64,000 nucleotides of DNA from Paracoccaceae bacterium (GTDB lineage Bacteria; Pseudomonadota; Alphaproteobacteria; Rhodobacterales; Rhodobacteraceae). Below, piece by piece: positions 59,184-64,000 of this stretch. Numbering within the stretch: the first letter of the stretch is position 1; the number at the start of each line of letters is the position of its first letter. The stretch spans positions 6,760-70,759 of the forward strand of contig JBJLFU010000002.1 in assembly GCA_045565235.1 (NCBI GenBank), written 5' to 3'. Below the pieces are notes generated by a model. The model saw nothing but the letters and a program-made list of their open reading frames with translations. It did no database searches and had not been told where the DNA came from. The position numbers and the translations under genes are program-made.

Positions 59184-60929
59184 ATGGATATCTTAGATAT
59201 TTTGAGAAAAAAAATTATGTCCGTAGTCGAGACTTTAGAAAAGCAGGAACTCATTTCAGATGGCTTGAACAAGGATGGTATTGCAGTTGAAACCCCTAGG
59301 GATAAGGCCTTTGGGGATCTATCAAGTAACGTGGCAATGGTGCTGTCTAAGCAAGCTAAAAGTAATCCAAGAAAAATTGCTGAATATTTTATCACCCACT
59401 TTTCTGAAGATGAGTCTATTGAGTCTGTTGAAATTGCAGGACCAGGGTTTCTTAATTTCAAACTGAGGAGCCATTGTTGGAATGCAGTAATAATTTCTAT
59501 CTTACAAAAAGGGAAGTCTTTTGGTTTGCAACAGATCGGTACGGGTAAAACAGTGAACGTGGAATTTGTTTCTGCTAATCCCACTGGACCATTACATGTG
59601 GGCCATACGAGAGGCGCTGTGTTTGGAGATGTGCTGGCCAACCTACTTGAAGTATCTGGTTATAAGGTTACTAGAGAATATTATGTTAACGACGCTGGAT
59701 CCCAAATCGATTCCCTTGCCCGTTCAGCTTTTTCCCGATATCAGGAGGCTCTTGGGAATGACACGAAATCAGATGGGCATGAATACCCAGGAGATTACCT
59801 GAAACAAGTGGGTGAGGAACTTAAGAACGAATATGGTCATCTTTTGCTTGATGCTGACGAATACTTGAGACTTGATAAAATTAAGGATTTCACAGTAAAA
59901 AAAATGCTAAAGATGATAAGGGAAGACCTGGCTGATTTAGGTGTAGTGATGGATAATTTTGTATCAGAAAAAGCGCTTTATGCCAATGGTAAGGTGGAAG
60001 AGGCAGTTAGTAAGCTTCGTGAAATGGGATTTATTTATAAAGGGTCACTTGAAAAACCAAAGGGAGGAAATAATCAAGATTGGTCAGTCAGGAAACAAGA
60101 GTTATTCAAATCATCTCAGTTTGGTGACGATACGGATCGCCCTATAAAAAAGGCTGATGGTTCCTGGACATATTTTGCTCCAGATATTGCATATCATCAC
60201 GGAAAGTTAGAACGAAATTATGATAAAATAATAAATATATTCGGTGCAGATCATAGCGGATATATCTCTAGAATGAAGGCTGTAGTGAGAGCATTCTCTA
60301 CTGGTGAAAAAGATTTGATCATTAGGCTATGCCAGTTGGTAAAGTTGTATAAGGATGGTAAACCGGTCAAGATGTCAAAAAGGGCGGGCTCCTATGTTAC
60401 ACTAAGAGACTTACTAGATGAAGTTGGCAAAGACGCTATCAGATTTTTATTACTTATGAGAAAAAATGATGCCCCAATAGATTTTGAATTTACTAAGGCT
60501 GTGGAACAAACTAGAGAGAACCCAGTTTTCTATGTACAATATGCAAATGCTCGCATTTGCTCAATACTAAAGCGGGCAAAAGAATCAAATGTAAATATAG
60601 ATGACCTTGCCCTTTCAGAAGCAGACCTCCATTTGCTTAAAAATGAGAGTGAGCTACAGGTGATAAAAAAATTAGCTGAATGGCCTAGCATAATAATTAA
60701 GGCTACTTCAAGATTTGAACCGCATCGGATAGCATTCTATTTATTTGAACTAGCACAATTATTTCATGGTCTTCAGAGCCTTGGGAAAATAGATCATGGG
60801 GTAAGGTTTATAAGGGCGGATGATATAAGGCTTACAAAAGCAAGGCTGGCAATGGTAAGGTCTATTCAATTAGTTATCCGATCAGGTTTAAATATATTTG
60901 GTATCAAACCAGTTGATCAGATGTTGTAA
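59184..60929 (+). CDS. argS: Arginine--tRNA ligase
   Basis: 581 aa with the class I HIGH region SANPTGPLHVGH, the KMSKS-like MSKRAGS and a C-terminal DALR anticodon-binding domain. Confidence 0.97.
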   Translation: MDILDILRKKIMSVVETLEKQELISDGLNKDGIAVETPRDKAFGDLSSNVAMVLSKQAKSNPRKIAEYFITHFSEDESIESVEIAGPGFLNFKLRSHCWNAVIISILQKGKSFGLQQIGTGKTVNVEFVSANPTGPLHVGHTRGAVFGDVLANLLEVSGYKVTREYYVNDAGSQIDSLARSAFSRYQEALGNDTKSDGHEYPGDYLKQVGEELKNEYGHLLLDADEYLRLDKIKDFTVKKMLKMIREDLADLGVVMDNFVSEKALYANGKVEEAVSKLREMGFIYKGSLEKPKGGNNQDWSVRKQELFKSSQFGDDTDRPIKKADGSWTYFAPDIAYHHGKLERNYDKIINIFGADHSGYISRMKAVVRAFSTGEKDLIIRLCQLVKLYKDGKPVKMSKRAGSYVTLRDLLDEVGKDAIRFLLLMRKNDAPIDFEFTKAVEQTRENPVFYVQYANARICSILKRAKESNVNIDDLALSEADLHLLKNESELQVIKKLAEWPSIIIKATSRFEPHRIAFYLFELAQLFHGLQSLGKIDHGVRFIRADDIRLTKARLAMVRSIQLVIRSGLNIFGIKPVDQML

Positions 60930-61000
60930 AATAGCATAAAGTATACTATTCTAGTATTTAACATACAATATAGAGCAGTTTTTATTGTCAGGGAATAACC

Positions 61001-61657
61001 TTGGTACAGCAGGAAATAGAAGTAAAGTCAAATACAGGCTTCAATAGAGTATTAAGGTTGGTAGGCTTTCTACTTTCAACTGTAATTCTCTATTTAATGG
61101 TATTCTGGACTCTCGAACTTAGTCAGGTAAGGGTTGGGGACCTACCTGTGGTTAATGCATTAGATGTTGACTTTAAAAAGAAGCCAGTAGGGTTTGAAGA
61201 AGAAATAGTAAAAAATAACGATTTATCTATAAATTCTTTAAGGGGAAAACAGGGTTATATTAAGTCTAATACCGGATTAATCGATAACTCATTAGAAGAA
61301 GAGCTTACTAATAGTGAAAAACCTGTACCACTATCAATGAAAGAGGCCTTAGAGAATTCCATTACTGAAGCATTGAATAGGTTAGCTCAAAATGAAATTA
61401 TAACCCAAGAAAAGGTATATAAGGTATATTTGGGGTCCTACGATAGTTATGAAGCTGCTGGGGAGAATTTGAAAGTTATTCCTCAAAGTAATAAATTGTC
61501 TGATTTGTCGATTTTTTCAATTACACCAGTAAAAGTAAATGAGAAAAATTTTTTTCGATTAGAAACAGAAAAAGTTCTTTCTTATGAAAATGCAAAGTTA
61601 CTATGTGATCAGCTTGTGGCTGATAAATTAGATTGTAAGGTTATTAAAAATAAATGA
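61001..61657 (+). CDS. SPOR-domain membrane protein
   Basis: N-terminal TM (LVGFLLSTVILYLMVFWTL) and a C-terminal SPOR-like module (YKVYLGSYDSYEAA...FFRL......SYENAK.LC..L). It sits in the conserved position after argS. TTG start. Confidence 0.68.
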   Translation: MVQQEIEVKSNTGFNRVLRLVGFLLSTVILYLMVFWTLELSQVRVGDLPVVNALDVDFKKKPVGFEEEIVKNNDLSINSLRGKQGYIKSNTGLIDNSLEEELTNSEKPVPLSMKEALENSITEALNRLAQNEIITQEKVYKVYLGSYDSYEAAGENLKVIPQSNKLSDLSIFSITPVKVNEKNFFRLETEKVLSYENAKLLCDQLVADKLDCKVIKNK

Positions 61658-61691
61658 TAGAAGAGGATATGATATCCAAATAAACCAACAT

Positions 61692-62444
61692 ATGTCTGAG
61701 GACGATATTTTAATATTAGATATTAGGGGCTTTGAGGGACCACTTGAACTATTGCTGTCGCTAGCACATAAGCAGAAAGTAGATTTGCGAGAAATTTCAA
61801 TTCTAGAGCTAGTAGAGCAGTATTTAGCTTTTATTGATAAAGCTACCAATATGAAAATAGAATTGGCTGCGGAATATTTGATGATGGCAGCTTGGTTAGC
61901 TTATTTAAAGAGTAAGTTATTGCTACCACCAGATGAAAAAGTAGAAGAATTTAGTGGAGAAGAAATGGAAGAATACTTAGCATTTCAGTTAAACAGGCTG
62001 GCTGAGATGAAAAGATGTACTGAAGAGTTATTCTTGAGACCTCAATTAGGGGTAGATTTTTTCGCAAGAGGACAAACAGAGGATGGTGAAACAATTCTAA
62101 ATCGAAAACTGGATGCGACCTTATTAGAATTGTTACGGTCCTACGCATCAATAAATAGTAAAAAAGCTTTTACTCCTTTGAAATTTATAAGGCGATCTAT
62201 TCTTACAATAGATGAGGCTTTTAAGTCTATTGTAAAATTCTTTTCAAAAGAAAGGGGTTGGGTTTCTTTTCATGATATTATTCCTATCAGCTGGAAAGGT
62301 AAGCCGGAGGAAGTCAGGTCAGCTATGGCAACTACCTTTGCCGCTTCTTTAGAACTGGTTAAATCTGGTGAGTTGAGGATACAACAAGATATCCCATTCA
62401 AGGTAATGAAAATAAGAAGTACTATTAGTGAGGAACTAGAATGA
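61692..62444 (+). CDS. scpA: Segregation and condensation protein A
   Basis: 250 aa. FEGPL.LLL.L..K.KVDL..ISI..L..QYL is typical of ScpA. Confidence 0.9.
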   Translation: MSEDDILILDIRGFEGPLELLLSLAHKQKVDLREISILELVEQYLAFIDKATNMKIELAAEYLMMAAWLAYLKSKLLLPPDEKVEEFSGEEMEEYLAFQLNRLAEMKRCTEELFLRPQLGVDFFARGQTEDGETILNRKLDATLLELLRSYASINSKKAFTPLKFIRRSILTIDEAFKSIVKFFSKERGWVSFHDIIPISWKGKPEEVRSAMATTFAASLELVKSGELRIQQDIPFKVMKIRSTISEELE

Positions 62445-63070
62445 ACTTTTTTCATCAAAGTAGTGAGAACAAAAATTTAGTTAACTCCAATGGACTTGAA
62501 CCTGGAGAGGAGCTTTGTCCCAGTCCTTCTGAGGAAGACAAAATGTTGGAAACTGTATTATTTGCCACCAAAGAGCCACTTACTCTTAGTCAGTTAAAAA
62601 AGTCATGCCCAAATATTTCAGATTTGGAAGCCTCGTTGGATCGATTAAGACTATTTTACAAAAATCGAGGCATTAATATCGTCAAAATAAGAAACTCTTA
62701 TGCATTTAGGACTGCTAGTAGATTTGGGTACTTACTAAAGAACTATGTTGAAAAAAAGGTCAAATTATCAAAGGCTGCTAAGGAAACTTTAGCTATTATT
62801 GCATACCACCAACCTATAACTAGGTCAGAAATAGAAACGATTAGAGGTGTTTGTATTTATAAGGGTCTTTTAGACTCCTTACTTGAAACAGGCTGGATAA
62901 ATTTAGGTCCAAGACGAGATGCACCGGGCAGGCCTATAACCTTTCTAACTACTAATTCTTTTCTAGATTATTTTGGATTGCAAACAGTGAGGGATATGCC
63001 AAATTTCCAAGAATTGAAAGAAGCTGGGTTATTAAGTCAAAAATATAATAATTCCCAAGAGTCAGAATAA
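62441..63070 (+). CDS. scpB: Segregation and condensation protein B
   Basis: 209 aa with E..LFA...PL....L and LAIIAY.QPITR.EIE.IRGV motifs. ATGA overlap with scpA. Confidence 0.9.
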   Translation: MNFFHQSSENKNLVNSNGLEPGEELCPSPSEEDKMLETVLFATKEPLTLSQLKKSCPNISDLEASLDRLRLFYKNRGINIVKIRNSYAFRTASRFGYLLKNYVEKKVKLSKAAKETLAIIAYHQPITRSEIETIRGVCIYKGLLDSLLETGWINLGPRRDAPGRPITFLTTNSFLDYFGLQTVRDMPNFQELKEAGLLSQKYNNSQESE

Positions 63071-63090
63071 CAAAAAATATCAATATAGAT

Positions 63091-64000
63091 TTAAGTCTTA
63101 AAATGCTTAGATAACTTAAGCTTTTGCCCTTGATAATTGGATTTTAAATTTTTTCCATAGAGAATATCAGGCTCCTCGAGCATCTCCTCAAATATTAGCT
63201 GACCAACTGTTTGACCATGCTCTAAAACAAAAGGCGTCTCATGGCACCTTATCTCTAGAACTGCTCTCGATTTCTCAGACTTTTCTAGACCATACCCAAA
63301 CCCTGGATCAAAGAACCCCGCATAGTGAACCCTGAATTCACCAATCATTGAAAGGTAAGGAGCCATCTCAGCAGCTAATTGTGGTGGGACACTAACATAT
63401 TCTTGACTGCTGAAAATATAAAAGGCTCCTGGATCTAAAACAATTCTATTTTGTTTCACAGAAACTTTTTCCCAAAACTCATCTACATTATAGTAGTTTA
63501 ATTTTTCCAAATCTATAAGATCAGTATGCGGCTTGGCTTGAAAACCAATAATGCTACTTCCGGTATCTTTTAAATTAATTGAAAACGTTTTTGAATTAGA
63601 TTGGCCAACTCTTACCTTCTGAACTATATGGTCATAATTTTTTCTTTTATTAGAGTCTATTCTTTCAATATTTTCACACATTTTAAATCTTATCTGGTTT
63701 AGCATAATTCCTTTTTTTGCTAACACCGAGAATGAGTTGGGGGCGATTTCGGCATATAGGGGGCCAGAATAACCTGGGTTTACTCTATCAAATTCAGTTC
63801 CATTATCAGTTATGAGGCGAGTAAATAAATCTAATCGGCCTGTTGAACTTTTTGCATTACCCAAAGCTTTAATATTATTTGGTAGTGCTAAATTTTCCTG
63901 TAGCTGTACTAAGTAAACAGAACCTTTTTCTAGGATGAAGCCACGATTAAGATCAATTTCTTGCATTGATAATTGATCAATCATAGTTTTAACTTTTCTA
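63091..64000 (-). CDS. 2'-deoxycytidine 5'-triphosphate deaminase (long DCD family), N terminus outside window
   Basis: The minus-strand frame stays open upstream of the tracked ATG (63984) to the window edge (..RKVKTMIDQ..), so the gene is probably partial. GNAKSSTGRLD.FTR and YAGFFDPGFG resemble the long alphaproteobacterial dCTP deaminase family. Confidence 0.75.
   Translation of the reverse strand, partial: RKVKTMIDQLSMQEIDLNRGFILEKGSVYLVQLQENLALPNNIKALGNAKSSTGRLDLFTRLITDNGTEFDRVNPGYSGPLYAEIAPNSFSVLAKKGIMLNQIRFKMCENIERIDSNKRKNYDHIVQKVRVGQSNSKTFSINLKDTGSSIIGFQAKPHTDLIDLEKLNYYNVDEFWEKVSVKQNRIVLDPGAFYIFSSQEYVSVPPQLAAEMAPYLSMIGEFRVHYAGFFDPGFGYGLEKSEKSRAVLEIRCHETPFVLEHGQTVGQLIFEEMLEEPDILYGKNLKSNYQGQKLKLSKHFKT

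Noticed and set aside
59159-59641. 160-aa ORF antisense to the 5' end of argS. Similar long antisense ORFs lie at 943..1443 (opposite pyrD and the DUF952 gene), 38999..39370 and 39674..39956 (opposite pepN), and 7073..7510 (opposite rsmH).
   Set aside because: These are shadow ORFs on the strand opposite strongly supported conserved genes. None has a recognisable motif or plausible RBS context, and their composition (Ser/Leu/Pro-rich) is typical of antisense frames.
1-64000. Search for mobile elements, CRISPR arrays, toxin-antitoxin or defence islands, tRNA/rRNA genes and large repeats
   Set aside because: I saw none. There are no transposase, integrase or recombinase-like ORFs, no regularly spaced direct repeats, and no tRNA-like cloverleaf candidates in the few spacers. 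Coding density and synteny are those of core chromosome. Repeat detection by eye is limited, so a self-dotplot would be the proper check.

Overview
By eye this is an AT-rich, very gene-dense chromosomal segment with typical alphaproteobacterial gene order. I did not compute base composition. Nearly all of it is conserved housekeeping sequence.

Main content:
- A complete, collinear division/cell-wall (dcw) cluster: mraZ-rsmH-ftsL-ftsI-murE-murF-mraY-murD-ftsW-murG-murC-murB-ddl-ftsQ-ftsA-ftsZ, followed by lpxC-bamD-recN (6.5-28.8 kb).
- An RNase P RNA gene (rnpB) just upstream of mraZ.
- gatCA at one end of the window and gatB about 32 kb away.
- A soxBDAG sarcosine oxidase operon.
- The conserved erpA / dgt-argS-SPOR-scpAB block.
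- Assorted peptidases and redox enzymes.

I saw no transposase or integrase genes, no CRISPR array, no tRNA or rRNA genes and no obvious defence island. This is core genome rather than an accessory region, and I do not claim a clearly novel system.

The most interesting items:
1. A tight four-gene minus-strand operon: MoxR-class AAA+ ATPase, an untracked 57-codon two-TM ORF, a VWA protein with a non-canonical MIDAS motif, and an M48 Zn-protease. No recognisable client enzyme is nearby.
2. A second AAA+/VWA pair (CobS/CobT-like) embedded with a J-domain gene and bolA, with no other cobalamin genes in the window.
3. Two conserved genes (recN and a Tat-signal MBL hydrolase), each split by a single extra base in a homopolymer. 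This means either real pseudogenes or assembly error.
4. A structured ~300-nt non-coding region between rnpB and mraZ, with 10-bp-phased TGGNN repeats, an A14 tract and a strong hairpin.
5. A run of obligate non-ATG start codons in the distal dcw genes.

All protein calls rest on motif recognition from the supplied translations plus synteny. No searches were run.
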